A DNA stretch of 34,999 bases from a virus (IMGVR_UViG_3300023174_000099:64001-98999); one strand, 5' to 3'. Numbered from the stretch's first letter, positions 1 to 9,918 are shown. Program-made: numbers and translations. Notes: generated from the letters alone by a model not told the origin.

Positions 1-979
1 TAGCTTCATAGCTAACGGAATATTTAGCTAAAAGATTAAGCGAGGTCTCTGCGTGCATGAAGCCTTTGTCATACGCATAAATAGGCTTCAGCGTGGAAAA
101 GGGCTGAGGCACACCATTCTCATCTAGTGCTCTATGGGAGTCATCTGATGTTACTCGACCACGAACCTGAGAAAAATCGCCCCAGTGACTAGTGAGGCCC
201 CAGGACACTTTAATAGCCTGTTCTGTATCTTCAAAGCTTACGTTCTGAATGATGCCCTTGAATAGGTTAATAGGAGTGCCAAGAATCTCGTTTGTATCAG
301 CATCAAAGTATGCTCTGTAGATAAAGACTTCACGGTTAATAAACGAGGCATAATTAGTATCATTCTTGTTAAGAAGAATACTGATAACTTCTTCACTTGA
401 TAATGAGATAATCGCGGTTACTGTTCCAGTGGGAAGATCTACGTCAATCTTTGAAACTCTAAGAGTGTTGTTGCTTCTAAACGCTGTGATATTTACTGGA
501 TAGCTAGTACCAGAAATAAGTAGGGCAATCTTGTCACCCTCACGAAAGCCATCTTCAAGAACGTCATCAAGAGTTACAGGAGCCTGGAACGCAACGTCCC
601 AAACTCCTGCGGATACTACTGAAATTATAACTGATGAAGTTAGCTTTCCGCCAAGCGCGTTACCATCAACAACGACAGTTGTTTGACTGGCTGTTGCCTT
701 AGTTTGCTCCTGTACGCTTCCAACATCTAGAATCTTATTAGCTAAGTATACCTGTGTACCGTTTGCTACTCCAGATAGGCTTGTGCTACCATCATCGAAA
801 GATACGTCAATACTAGCATCTGTTAGATAAGTATAACGTTCTTTTGAGGTAGATACCAGACCCGTAATACTGTCTGGTTTGGATGGTCTTTCGAACTTAA
901 TTAGGTGTGCGTACTTAATAGGTGCGTTATTGACCAGTGCGTTTTTAAGATTTATATTAACTAATCTTTCTTCTATCAT
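1..979 (-). CDS. Baseplate hub protein (T5 pb3-like), N-terminal ~326 aa, runs off the window edge
   Basis: Not in the ORF track. ATG at 979 overlaps the Dit stop (ATGA). The frame is open to the edge: MIEERLVNINLKNALVNNAPIKYAHLIKFERP...LFKGII...VSWGLTSHWGDFSQVRGRVTSD. It sits directly after Dit, as pb3 does in T5. Confidence 0.8.
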   Translation of the reverse strand, partial: MIEERLVNINLKNALVNNAPIKYAHLIKFERPSKPDSITGLVSTSKERYTYLTDASIDVSFDDGSTSLSGVANGTQVYLANKILDVGSVQEQTKATASQTTVVVDGNALGGKLTSSVIISVVSAGVWDVAFQAPVTLDDVLEDGFREGDKIALLISGTSYPVNITAFRSNNTLRVSKIDVDLPTGTVTAIISLSSEEVISILLNKNDTNYASFINREVFIYRAYFDADTNEILGTPINLFKGIIQNVSFEDTEQAIKVSWGLTSHWGDFSQVRGRVTSDDSHRALDENGVPQPFSTLKPIYAYDKGFMHAETSLNLLAKYSVSYEA

Positions 980-1905
980 GGTAATAATTCCTCTACTGAA
1001 ACGCTAAACTGATAAAGATTATCAGTGTTTAAATCGTATTCCAAAGTATCTCCTTTTTGAATAACTCTAAATCGTGTGTCTACAAATCTAACTACAGAAG
1101 CTGCTGCAACAGATCTAGATAGAGGAGGCATCACATGGATTCTTCTCTGTGTTGTTGTAGGCTGTGTAGTCCCGCTTCTATAATCACTGTTTGTTTCAAC
1201 TCTTGTAATCTTGTAAGACTTTACATGGTTAGTGTCATTCGGATCTACTATATTAATAAAGTCCCCAGGACTTGGCTCACCCGTATACACATTATTTATC
1301 ATAATAGTTGTAGATCCAGCGGCGGTCTGGTTTGCTGTTATAACCGGAGTTATAGTTCCAGCAACTGTCATAGCTCCAGTAGTTGCAGAAGCAAAAGTAA
1401 CACTACTTAATGTACTGCTAGTTACTACGTAAGTACCATTATATCCTGCTGGAGTAGTTCCTACTACAGATATTGTTGAGTTTACTGGGTAAGGATTGAC
1501 AGCTTGCGCTGCAAAATTAAGGGTAACAGCTGATCCGGTCGTAGTTATACTAGCTATAGTAAGTCTTTTACTAAATAGAGTATTTATTGGAGCAGCGTGC
1601 TGAGGAAGAATGATAAAGAAGGGTCTTAATCTTCCTTCTCTAGACTCTAGAAATGTAGAGACTGGTTCGAACTCTGTGCGAGTTAAAGGATTATAATTAA
1701 TATCAAATTCCCAGGTATGATAACCCGGTGAAGCTGTAACTCCGCGACCTGAAATTGTACGAGACATTTGCACCTGCCTACTAGATCTAAACTTGACGCT
1801 AGCAAAGCCAGGTCCTGCGGACCCTGTGGCACTAGCAACACCAGAGGTATCGATCCTATTATTTGGATCGGGTAAAATATCTGAAAAGCTATTAAATATG
1901 GGCAT
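976..1905 (-). CDS. Distal tail protein (Dit, T5 pb9-like) with an inserted Thr-rich beta domain
   Basis: Lies between tape measure and hub. Motifs SRTISGR..., WEFDINYNPLTRTEF and the C-terminal YDLNTDNLYQFSV fit T5-type Dit. Confidence 0.8.
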   Translation of the reverse strand: MPIFNSFSDILPDPNNRIDTSGVASATGSAGPGFASVKFRSSRQVQMSRTISGRGVTASPGYHTWEFDINYNPLTRTEFEPVSTFLESREGRLRPFFIILPQHAAPINTLFSKRLTIASITTTGSAVTLNFAAQAVNPYPVNSTISVVGTTPAGYNGTYVVTSSTLSSVTFASATTGAMTVAGTITPVITANQTAAGSTTIMINNVYTGEPSPGDFINIVDPNDTNHVKSYKITRVETNSDYRSGTTQPTTTQRRIHVMPPLSRSVAAASVVRFVDTRFRVIQKGDTLEYDLNTDNLYQFSVSVEELLP

Positions 1906-2674
1906 TATTATCTACTCCTAAAATATCAATACTAAAAAGTTCAGTATTGCCATTAGAAACTAAAAAACCTGGTATAGTTACTCTGTAATTACTATAGTTT
2001 TTTAGAATTTCTTGCTCTTTTTCTTTAGCTTCAGCCCCTGTCTGAAACTGTATTTCTAAAATAGACGTTATTTTTGTAGAAGAAGGCTCTGCATCAAATC
2101 TAGATTTTACTGATTTATTTGTTACTCCTATCTTATAGTATATGTTGCAACCTTTAGTAATTTTTATATAATATAAAATAGAGGGTATTTTAGTATTAAA
2201 ACCGTACTTAGTACATTGGGGACAACCCCTACCTTGTAAAATTTTATCTGGTGTAGCCATAAAAGTGTGTCCTTTAGTACATTTATGTAATATCTTACTA
2301 TGGCTAGATATGTATTCTTGTTCTGGGGTATAAAGAATCTGTTTATTTACTAAATCCTTTATGTATTGGGCGTGTGTCTTAGTTTTAGAAAACGAAGATT
2401 TTAAGTTTAGTCTATTAGCTTTTAGTCTAACAGCCCCCTCCGAAATTCCCAATTGTTTAGCACACTCTACTGATCCTAAATTATAATAATTTTGTATTAA
2501 AAAGTGTTCCTCTTCTGTACCCCAGGTTTTGTTTTCTATTTTAAGACCTAATGCAGAAGCTTTTTTAGCTACTGATGCTACAGTTCTCCCTAAGTCCACA
2601 GAACATTTAGTACCTACCGAAGGGTAGGTTTCGATTAAAAAATTTTCTTCTTCTTTTGTCCACCTATTTACCAT
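1892..2674 (-). CDS. Putative homing endonuclease: two W(T/G)xEEE helical repeats, a C/H-CxxC zinc ribbon and a GIY-YIG-like (T5orf172/MUG113-type) C-terminus
   Basis: RWTKEEENFL and TWGTEEEHFL repeats; HKCTKGH...GRGCPQC; LYYIKI...YKIGVTNKSVKSRF. It is AT-rich and interrupts the conserved TMP-Dit junction. Confidence 0.7.
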   Translation of the reverse strand: MVNRWTKEEENFLIETYPSVGTKCSVDLGRTVASVAKKASALGLKIENKTWGTEEEHFLIQNYYNLGSVECAKQLGISEGAVRLKANRLNLKSSFSKTKTHAQYIKDLVNKQILYTPEQEYISSHSKILHKCTKGHTFMATPDKILQGRGCPQCTKYGFNTKIPSILYYIKITKGCNIYYKIGVTNKSVKSRFDAEPSSTKITSILEIQFQTGAEAKEKEQEILKNYSNYRVTIPGFLVSNGNTELFSIDILGVDNNAHI

Positions 2675-2696
2675 TTATTCCTCCGGTAATAAAGTA

Positions 2697-2721
2697 TGCT
2701 GCCGGCAGTTAGCCGGCAGCA
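2697..2721. terminator. GC-rich hairpin after the tape measure stop
   Basis: TGCTGCCGGC-agtta-GCCGGCAGCA, with only a short U-run on the minus strand. Confidence 0.5.
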
Positions 2722-2727
2722 CTTCTT

Positions 2728-5700
2728 TTACAATCTGTTTACATTAGGACGTGTATAAACATTCACGTTAACATCTTCAAGGAAGCCTTGCCCAGAGGCA
2801 TTAGCAGCTTGTCTAAGCATCTTAATGATGTTTCCCTTCTGAGACACTAGAATATTCTCTACGCCAGAAGCATCTAGGGCTTGGATGTTGATAGTGGCAT
2901 TAACAGGAGCGGATCCCATTACATCATTGGCTGGAGTTACGTTGATTGGAGTTTCAGGAGTGATTACTTCAGGTCCCTTTTCTCCAACTACGAAGCCTCT
3001 GTTACCATAGCCTCTCATTAGTTCCCCACCGTAGGCTGAGCCGATAGTGCGGAAGTTTGAGGCATTTGTGCCCATACCTTGTGAGCCTCTTAGGAATCCA
3101 ACTTCTCCACCAGCATTAGCACTTGGTCCTCTTGCTAGATCGACCGTATCGCTACGTTTGCCTATTGAGAGGGTTGAGGGTGTTGCTGCTGCAGTGGACT
3201 TAGCTCCACTATTGTATTGAGTACCAGCAATAACAGCAATCTGAGCAGCACCCATAGCTCCAATTATACCCGCAAATATGGTTTTAGACACTGGATCTAG
3301 CATTGGAGAAGCAAGTACGCTAGCAATAGCTGCTGCTGTTGACATAACAGCTTGTGCCAGCATCAACTTCTTTTGAGTATTGAAGGACTTTCTTGCAATA
3401 TCATCCTTCTTTTTCTCTAGAGCCTGAAGTTTAGATATACTCTCAGCAGATTTTCCATCACGCTTTTGCTCAGCTGCTATTTCTCTATCAATAGAAGCAA
3501 TTCTAGCATCTGAAGAAGCTTTAGTTATACTTGAAATTGTAGATAATACTGCGGAAGCAGCATTTAATCCAGCGGCAAGCATTTCTTTGTTATTGGTAGC
3601 TTTACCTAGTTCTGAGAAAGCTCCCGATAAGTTAGCTATACCATCGCCTATCGCAACTACTATAGCACCCTCGGGACCTAACTCCATTAGGCTATCTCTA
3701 ATACGAGACATATTTGCGGAGACTATATCAGCTGTTAGAGCTAGTTTTCCAGCAATAGGTAGGGCTTCCGTAGATTCTTTCCCAAACTCTTTAAGAATAT
3801 TTTCTGTAATACCACGTGTTTCACCCATTATATCTCCTGGGCCAGAAGCACGTCTTTTAAATTTAACATTCTCTAGGTTCTTTGCGGCTATTTTTACACC
3901 ATTTTCAATTACTGCTGCTGCGTCTCCAGCATATTTTACAATGCTTTCTCCAAACTTAAGCTCACCGTTTACTAGGGTACCTCCAAGATTTTCGATAGAA
4001 GCTAGAATAGTTGACCGCTGACCAGATAGTGCTAACGGATCTCCAGATCTTTTGCGCTCGTCATCTATGCCTTCAAGTCTATTTTTTAACTCGGTCAGAG
4101 ATTGCTGTCGCTTGGCTTCAAGTAGTGCAAATTCTAACTTAATTAAAGCTACTTTCATATCCTTTTCTTGCTGTGCAATTTTAAGGGCTGTTTCAGCATT
4201 GGCTATTTCTTCACCACGTGATATGGTTTCATCAGAAACACCCAGTCTACGTAACTCTAATCGTCTAGTTATATTGGCTAAGTCTGCTTGCGACCTAATA
4301 TTATCAACTATGACACTCTGTATACGTTCTTGAATAGAAAGGGACTCTCTTAATAAGTTTAAACGCTCTTCTTCAGTATTTAAACCTATCTTATCTAAAA
4401 TAGCTTGCTGATTTTTGGCTTCGGTATTTTTAGTTTCCGCGGTATTACGTTCTTTAGTAGCATTTAATAAATCAGTATAAAATTTAACCTGGCTAGTATT
4501 ATTTAGTGATCTAGCTTTTTCAAGATTAATCTCTATTTCTCTAACTCTAAACTGTTGATCTACTTTTAACTGTTTTAACTTTTCTTCATTGTTGCGCTTA
4601 ATAGCATCTAATTCAAGCTTGAGAGTATTTAGTCCTCCTACTTTAGAATCAGCAATTCTAGCTTCTATATCTTGAGTTTCTAAAGCTAGATTCTTTGACT
4701 CATTCTGTAGCTGAGTTGTGGTCTTTAAATTATTTAACTTTTGAAGACTTACTGCAGCTCTCTCTTCCGCTTTAGTAGTAGCACCAAGGCCCGCCGCCTG
4801 TACTTTAGCTCTTTGAGCGGCTGTTTGCGCCGCATTTACTTCCCTCTGTCTACGAAGTTCAGCTTTTTCTAGTTCTTTTTGTTTTCTTAGCTCTTCTGGT
4901 GTAGCTCCACTACGTACCATAGCGTCAAAAGCTGCAAGATCAGAAATTGCAGATACTTTTTCAGCTGTACCAGACTTAGCCTGAGTTACTTTAGCTAATA
5001 AACCTTGTCTTTCTTGTTGTATAGTCTGACTTTTCATTAAATCAAGAAGTCTTTCTTCTTGTTTAATCTGAAGCTCTCTAGCCTCTAATTTTCTACCCTC
5101 GGCCTCTATTAAAGCTAGATTGGCTTTTTCTTGTTTAACCTGAGCAGCTACAATAGAGTTCTGTAGAGCAATCTGCTTTTTTACATCTTCGCCAGTTACT
5201 ATACCTTGTCTTTGTAGCGCAGAAAGCCTGGCTTGAGCTAGAGTTACTTGGGCCTGTGATGATATAGTTATTAGTTGATTATCTCTTAATATGTCTGAAT
5301 AGGCCTTTAGTTCATTCGGTATAGAGCTTGCTAGCTTTTTTCTTAGCTCTACCTGTATACCTACTTGTTCAACTATCTGAGAGTCAACTATAGCTATCTG
5401 GCCTCTATTATTTCCGGGGGCTTCTTCTAATTCTTTCCTTTTGGCTTTTAGAGCAGATATACTATCAGAGACTTGATCAAAAGATGCCTTTATTCTCTGA
5501 GTATCCACACTCATAATGTTTAGTACGCTGGGACCAATGGCTGTTAGTGCTTCTTGGAATTGCTCTACAGCTTTAGCTTTTTCTGGACTCTTTTCTAATG
5601 TGTATATTACCTGATTGAAAGCGGTATTAAGTTGTTCTATGCTTTTTAGTGGCTCATCATATTGAGTGCTAGCTCTTATTGATCTAGAAAAATCAGTCTG

Positions 5701-8112
5701 AACTTGATCAGTAGCTTTAAGCTGTGACTGTAGATTTTCAAACGCCTTACCTACAGGATTCATATCCCTAGTTACTAGTTTCATTACTTCCGTAAGTCTA
5801 GTATTAGTTACAACAAAAGATTCTCCCGCTTTTGTATTATTTACGAAATCTTTGTATAACTTAGGACTTTGCTCGTTTAGAATATTTAAAGACTGAGCCA
5901 TTTGCAAAGCTTCATCACTAAAGTCTTGCATCATAGGTATAAACCCAAATGTACTTTTAGCCCCACTCAATCCAGAGACAAAATTAGCCGCCTGAGACTG
6001 TATAGGTACACCTGCTTCTTCTGCTAAAGTCTTTTGTAGTCTTAATCTCTTTTGTCTTTGTTCTAGAGCGAGCTTTTCTTCAATGGACATATCAGAGATT
6101 CTTTTACCATTCGATAGGCCTCTGGAAATATTCGAGTATTCTAGCTCATTTTTAGCTGCTAGATTCGCAGCTTCACCGGCTTTAATATAGGCATCGGCGA
6201 GTTCTACAAGAGTATTGGCTTTTATTATATTTGCCTGAATTACCCTATCCCCGACTTGCTGGTCACTAGCTACTACTCTAGCATACTCTTCTAGTTTACC
6301 TTTAGTTGAATCCACTACTCTACCAAAATCTTCGTAAGCCTTAGTTTTAGCTCTATCTGCATCAGTTACGAAGAACTTATCATAAACGTATTGTAAGACA
6401 GAAATAGCAGCAGCTATAATACCTATCCAGTTGAGTGCGGCTACTAGAGCTATAGCCATACCCTTGAGGGCCGTTGTCGTAAATAGAGCGGCTACTCGCA
6501 CACCATCTAGCGCGGCTTTAACAGCTAAAAATCTAGGTGCCGCTAGTCCAGCCGCTTCTGCGCTGGCTACTTGGGCGGCTCTCATAGCCCCTAGCTCAGC
6601 TTTATAAGCTTTACTAGCTTCTATATTTTTTACGAAGGCATCCTTAACTTTCCCTTTACTAGCAGCATCAATAGATCCAGCTATAGCAGTTTCTTTGGAG
6701 GCTTTTAATTCAGCTAAATTAGCTTCTCTTGCTAACTTAGCATTTTCTTTCTCACTTTGCTGCACTTTCTGTCTAGCAGCTTCAGTTTGATTAATACTTT
6801 CTATAATTAGAGTATTAGCTGCAATAAAATCCCTAGCTCTAGTTTTTGCTGCTTTTGCAGAGTCAGAAAAATCAGTATCTAAGTCTTTCAGAGTCTTTGA
6901 GTATCTTTTACTCGAAGCTTCTAAGGATTTAATAGTTTTATTAACTTCTTCCTCTGTTGCACTGCTATCAATAATTTTAGGTAGGTTTTCTTTAGCAATA
7001 CCTGGAAGCCTTGTAGATAAAGATGTAGCAGCTTCTAAATTATTTTTAGCTGATTCCTTAAGGTCCTTACTAGATTTTAGCGCTAATTCTGCACTTTTAC
7101 TTAAATCCTTGGCCTTATCGTTACTTGCTTTAGCTGCTGCTTCTGCTACCTTGGATAAGTTTACAATAGAGCCAAGTAGTTGACCTTTAATCGAGCTTAC
7201 AAACAAAGCTGATACAGCAATTAATCCGGCAAATCCATTATTTAAATTATCTAGTATAAACCTGAGAGTATCACTAGTAGCAACAAATCCTAGTACAGAT
7301 TGTACTAAATTCTGGAATGAGGCCGCTAATCTATCAAATTGATTAGTATCTACAGCGTTCTCGACTCCAGCGTATTTTTGAGTACCTTCTGTTAAAATAG
7401 CTTGAGTAAATGCAGCTCTCTTTTCAAAATTAGTTAAAGAAGCAGCAGACTTACCTTGCTGTCTAGCATAGGCTTCCGAAGCCTCGGTAAGTTTGGTCAT
7501 TAAACCAAGCTCGTCTAGAAGTTCCGGCTCTAGTTTAGTAACACCCTTGATAATACGATCTAGAGAGTCTGGAACATTTCTACCTAAGACTTTACTAGCA
7601 TTAGTTGCTACCTTTGTTAGGTCTTCTAGATCTTTTCCGGAAATTCCTGATGTACTGCCCTGAGCGGCTGCTCTCATAGCTTCGGAGGCACTAATACTGC
7701 CATCTGTAATTTCTTGAATGTTCTTAGCAACAGTAGTAAGAGTTCTACCGGTCTTAGCGCCCTGTATTTCAAGACCTTGCATAAGTTGTTCAACTTGGGC
7801 TGCTTCCCTCAAAGCATTAAAAGAAGCACTAACGGCGAAAGCGTTAGCAGCTAGAGTAGCATATGCCCCGACTAGCCCGCCATTCCCCTGCCCAATAGTT
7901 TGATTAAGTTTAGAAAAACTGCGTGCAGCACTGGATGCACCAGTTACTCCCTGGTTCATTCTATAGTTTAGATGGTCTGCGGCATCTCCAGCTTCCCGAG
8001 CCTTCTTGCCTGCTTTCTGTGTTTCATTGCCGAAGGCAGTTACTTGCTTCAAGCCCGTAACTAGACCGTCAGCATTAACTACAACACGAAACTCGACGCT
8101 GTTACTTGCCAT
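2728..8112 (-). CDS. Tape measure protein (1794 aa)
   Basis: Long Ala/Leu/Lys-rich helical ORF with hydrophobic segments near aa 280-310 and 540-580. C-terminal GFVVGEKGPEVITP motif. Follows the tail chaperones. Confidence 0.93.
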   Translation of the reverse strand: MASNSVEFRVVVNADGLVTGLKQVTAFGNETQKAGKKAREAGDAADHLNYRMNQGVTGASSAARSFSKLNQTIGQGNGGLVGAYATLAANAFAVSASFNALREAAQVEQLMQGLEIQGAKTGRTLTTVAKNIQEITDGSISASEAMRAAAQGSTSGISGKDLEDLTKVATNASKVLGRNVPDSLDRIIKGVTKLEPELLDELGLMTKLTEASEAYARQQGKSAASLTNFEKRAAFTQAILTEGTQKYAGVENAVDTNQFDRLAASFQNLVQSVLGFVATSDTLRFILDNLNNGFAGLIAVSALFVSSIKGQLLGSIVNLSKVAEAAAKASNDKAKDLSKSAELALKSSKDLKESAKNNLEAATSLSTRLPGIAKENLPKIIDSSATEEEVNKTIKSLEASSKRYSKTLKDLDTDFSDSAKAAKTRARDFIAANTLIIESINQTEAARQKVQQSEKENAKLAREANLAELKASKETAIAGSIDAASKGKVKDAFVKNIEASKAYKAELGAMRAAQVASAEAAGLAAPRFLAVKAALDGVRVAALFTTTALKGMAIALVAALNWIGIIAAAISVLQYVYDKFFVTDADRAKTKAYEDFGRVVDSTKGKLEEYARVVASDQQVGDRVIQANIIKANTLVELADAYIKAGEAANLAAKNELEYSNISRGLSNGKRISDMSIEEKLALEQRQKRLRLQKTLAEEAGVPIQSQAANFVSGLSGAKSTFGFIPMMQDFSDEALQMAQSLNILNEQSPKLYKDFVNNTKAGESFVVTNTRLTEVMKLVTRDMNPVGKAFENLQSQLKATDQVQTDFSRSIRASTQYDEPLKSIEQLNTAFNQVIYTLEKSPEKAKAVEQFQEALTAIGPSVLNIMSVDTQRIKASFDQVSDSISALKAKRKELEEAPGNNRGQIAIVDSQIVEQVGIQVELRKKLASSIPNELKAYSDILRDNQLITISSQAQVTLAQARLSALQRQGIVTGEDVKKQIALQNSIVAAQVKQEKANLALIEAEGRKLEARELQIKQEERLLDLMKSQTIQQERQGLLAKVTQAKSGTAEKVSAISDLAAFDAMVRSGATPEELRKQKELEKAELRRQREVNAAQTAAQRAKVQAAGLGATTKAEERAAVSLQKLNNLKTTTQLQNESKNLALETQDIEARIADSKVGGLNTLKLELDAIKRNNEEKLKQLKVDQQFRVREIEINLEKARSLNNTSQVKFYTDLLNATKERNTAETKNTEAKNQQAILDKIGLNTEEERLNLLRESLSIQERIQSVIVDNIRSQADLANITRRLELRRLGVSDETISRGEEIANAETALKIAQQEKDMKVALIKLEFALLEAKRQQSLTELKNRLEGIDDERKRSGDPLALSGQRSTILASIENLGGTLVNGELKFGESIVKYAGDAAAVIENGVKIAAKNLENVKFKRRASGPGDIMGETRGITENILKEFGKESTEALPIAGKLALTADIVSANMSRIRDSLMELGPEGAIVVAIGDGIANLSGAFSELGKATNNKEMLAAGLNAASAVLSTISSITKASSDARIASIDREIAAEQKRDGKSAESISKLQALEKKKDDIARKSFNTQKKLMLAQAVMSTAAAIASVLASPMLDPVSKTIFAGIIGAMGAAQIAVIAGTQYNSGAKSTAAATPSTLSIGKRSDTVDLARGPSANAGGEVGFLRGSQGMGTNASNFRTIGSAYGGELMRGYGNRGFVVGEKGPEVITPETPINVTPANDVMGSAPVNATINIQALDASGVENILVSQKGNIIKMLRQAANASGQGFLEDVNVNVYTRPNVNRL

Positions 8113-8138
8113 AATAGTTCTCTAGCGGTCGCCCGCGC

Positions 8139-8525
8139 TTATTTTCTCTTAATCTTGTCTCTAGCTTTCTGCATTTGGTCTGAGGACCTTTTAATCATGG
8201 AAGCATCTAGTCTCATAAGTGTATCCATAAAGGTCTCTTTATCTTCTACACCAACGACTTCCATATGTATTGGTAAACTAACGAAATCCTTTCCTAAGTA
8301 ACCTATGTCGGCTATTACTCTGTCACCCAACCTATTAAACACTTCAATAGCCTGTTGTACTGGTAAAGGAAAGTCTTCAAAATCTGGAGGGCATGTTTCC
8401 TCGGAAGGTTCCCGACCCGTCTGTTCACAGAGAGTCAGGTACCTATCCTTGGTCATCCCAACATCGAAATTATTCTGCCACTTTTCCAGTCTTCGCCACA
8501 GGAGCTCTTTCTGCTCCTGATCGAA
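8139..8525 (-). CDS. Tail assembly chaperone, second ORF; possibly expressed as a +1 frameshift extension of 8470..8916
   Basis: Contains GMTKDRYLTLCEQTGREP...DFEDFP..VQQAIEVFNRLGDR...GYLGKDF. Overlaps the upstream chaperone in the +1 frame. No convincing SD was seen before its own ATGs. Confidence 0.7.
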   Translation of the reverse strand, partial: FDQEQKELLWRRLEKWQNNFDVGMTKDRYLTLCEQTGREPSEETCPPDFEDFPLPVQQAIEVFNRLGDRVIADIGYLGKDFVSLPIHMEVVGVEDKETFMDTLMRLDASMIKRSSDQMQKARDKIKRK

Positions 8526-8916
8526 AGTTGGCGAGATCAAACACAACATCATTAACCCATGTATCGAACTCGGTCGAGTTCTTGATTAAGAGTTCTGCGT
8601 TCTCTAGTGAATAAGGTAGATCAGCTTCAGCATCTACCTCAGATAAATCGACTAGCATAAAGTCTTCTAGATACTTTAGCTTAAAACCCTTCCAGTTCTT
8701 GATAGTAGCTTTTGTGAACTCGGAAATGAACTTGTCCTCATTTAGTTCTTCTACTGGCTGGCGGGTCTTCTTATCAAACTTAGTAGTAATACAACGCTTA
8801 CGTAAAGCAGTGAGTTCGGGACGAGACAAGTTTACGACTTCGACTTCGAAGCCACTATAAACTGGATATTCTACCCAGGCACTCTTTGTATTAATCATTA
8901 GTTGACTTAAATTCAT
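8470..8916 (-). CDS. Tail assembly chaperone
   Basis: MNLSQLM...LSRPELTALRKRC...IKNWKGFK...FDTWVNDVVFDLANF, located between minor tail and TMP. Confidence 0.85.
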   Translation of the reverse strand: MNLSQLMINTKSAWVEYPVYSGFEVEVVNLSRPELTALRKRCITTKFDKKTRQPVEELNEDKFISEFTKATIKNWKGFKLKYLEDFMLVDLSEVDAEADLPYSLENAELLIKNSTEFDTWVNDVVFDLANFRSGAERAPVAKTGKVAE

Positions 8917-8917
8917 G

Positions 8918-9793
8918 TTAACTCCTTATTATTGGTATAATTGTTACTGTATTATCAGTGAGTCTAAAATCGTAGACTCGGGTTAGTAATTCCTCTACAT
9001 TTAGTCGTCTGGTATAGACTGCTTCTGCTAAATTAAATGTAAGGAACGGCGGATTTTGATTAGAATCTGTGTATAGTTTAATAACTATCGGAACAGACGC
9101 ATCGAAGTCTGGACTACTTATAGAATTCTCTAGGATAAACTCAGTGACTGATCCTGAAACTCTTCTTTCAGTTAGGGAATAACTTTCTTTATACGCTATT
9201 TGCGAGACTACGCTTTTATGTAGCGTAGAATTCTTAGTCCATTCTATAGAATTATTAACTTCAAGATTAACTGCTGCAATAGAAGGTAGTACGATTCCAT
9301 CTACTGTAACTTCTACTCCCCTAATAATTGTGTAGGGATCAGTATTAGATACTTCTGGAGTAGCTGGAAGACTAGCAACTTCTGATAGAATCGAAGCGGT
9401 GCCAGAAACAGAAGCTGTAAAGACGGCTCTTGATTCTATATTGAAAGTAATATTCTCAATGACTGAGGTAGCCAGTTTGTATATTTTATTTGAGAAATCT
9501 ACATAAATATCAATTGGAGCAATAGTACCTGTTATATAGTCCGGCCCAAATAGGCCACTAAGCGGCGCTAGTTCAGTCGCATATTTAATAGGAATCGTAA
9601 AGCTAAAATTAGCCGGATTTGCTTCTACAATAGTAGCTCCCTGATTGAGAGCTAACTGATTATGTAAAGTTTTCTTATTGTAACTCTGTTCATTAAATGT
9701 TTGAGAAAAGCTAAGATCAGGATATACATCTATAGGGTATAGAATACTATCTATGTAAAAGTATAATCGACCTTCTTTTTTAAAGTTGTACAT
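8918..9793 (-). CDS. Minor tail / baseplate tube protein (T5 p140-like)
   Basis: True start is probably ATG 9793 (MYNFKKEG), preceded by GGAGGT. The track start at 9877 runs through a promoter and terminator. It follows the tail tube gene. Confidence 0.8.
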   Translation of the reverse strand: MYNFKKEGRLYFYIDSILYPIDVYPDLSFSQTFNEQSYNKKTLHNQLALNQGATIVEANPANFSFTIPIKYATELAPLSGLFGPDYITGTIAPIDIYVDFSNKIYKLATSVIENITFNIESRAVFTASVSGTASILSEVASLPATPEVSNTDPYTIIRGVEVTVDGIVLPSIAAVNLEVNNSIEWTKNSTLHKSVVSQIAYKESYSLTERRVSGSVTEFILENSISSPDFDASVPIVIKLYTDSNQNPPFLTFNLAEAVYTRRLNVEELLTRVYDFRLTDNTVTIIPIIRS

Positions 9794-9805
9794 ACTACCT
9801 CCAAG

Positions 9806-9837
9806 AAAAAAGGGAGGCAAAAATAGCTTTGCCCCCC
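9806..9837 (-). terminator. Intrinsic terminator downstream of the tail tube gene
   Basis: Minus strand GGGGGGCAAA-gctatt-TTTGCCTCCC-TTTTTT. Confidence 0.75.
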
Positions 9838-9848
9838 TAATTTCTCCA

Positions 9849-9877
9849 ATTATAAATTTATTTGTCTTGAAAGTCAA
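9849..9877 (-). promoter_or_regulatory. Sigma70-type promoter
   Basis: TTGACT-17 nt-TATAAT on the minus strand. Confidence 0.65.
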
Positions 9878-9918
9878 GAACTATTTTTTGTTATGCTACA
9901 TAACAAATTTTAGTCTAC

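Noticed and set aside
9794-9877. Track start extensions at 9877, 18720, 29311 and 32488
   Set aside because: Each extension crosses a promoter, terminator or SD; downstream ATGs (9793, 18711, 29374, 32560) fit better.
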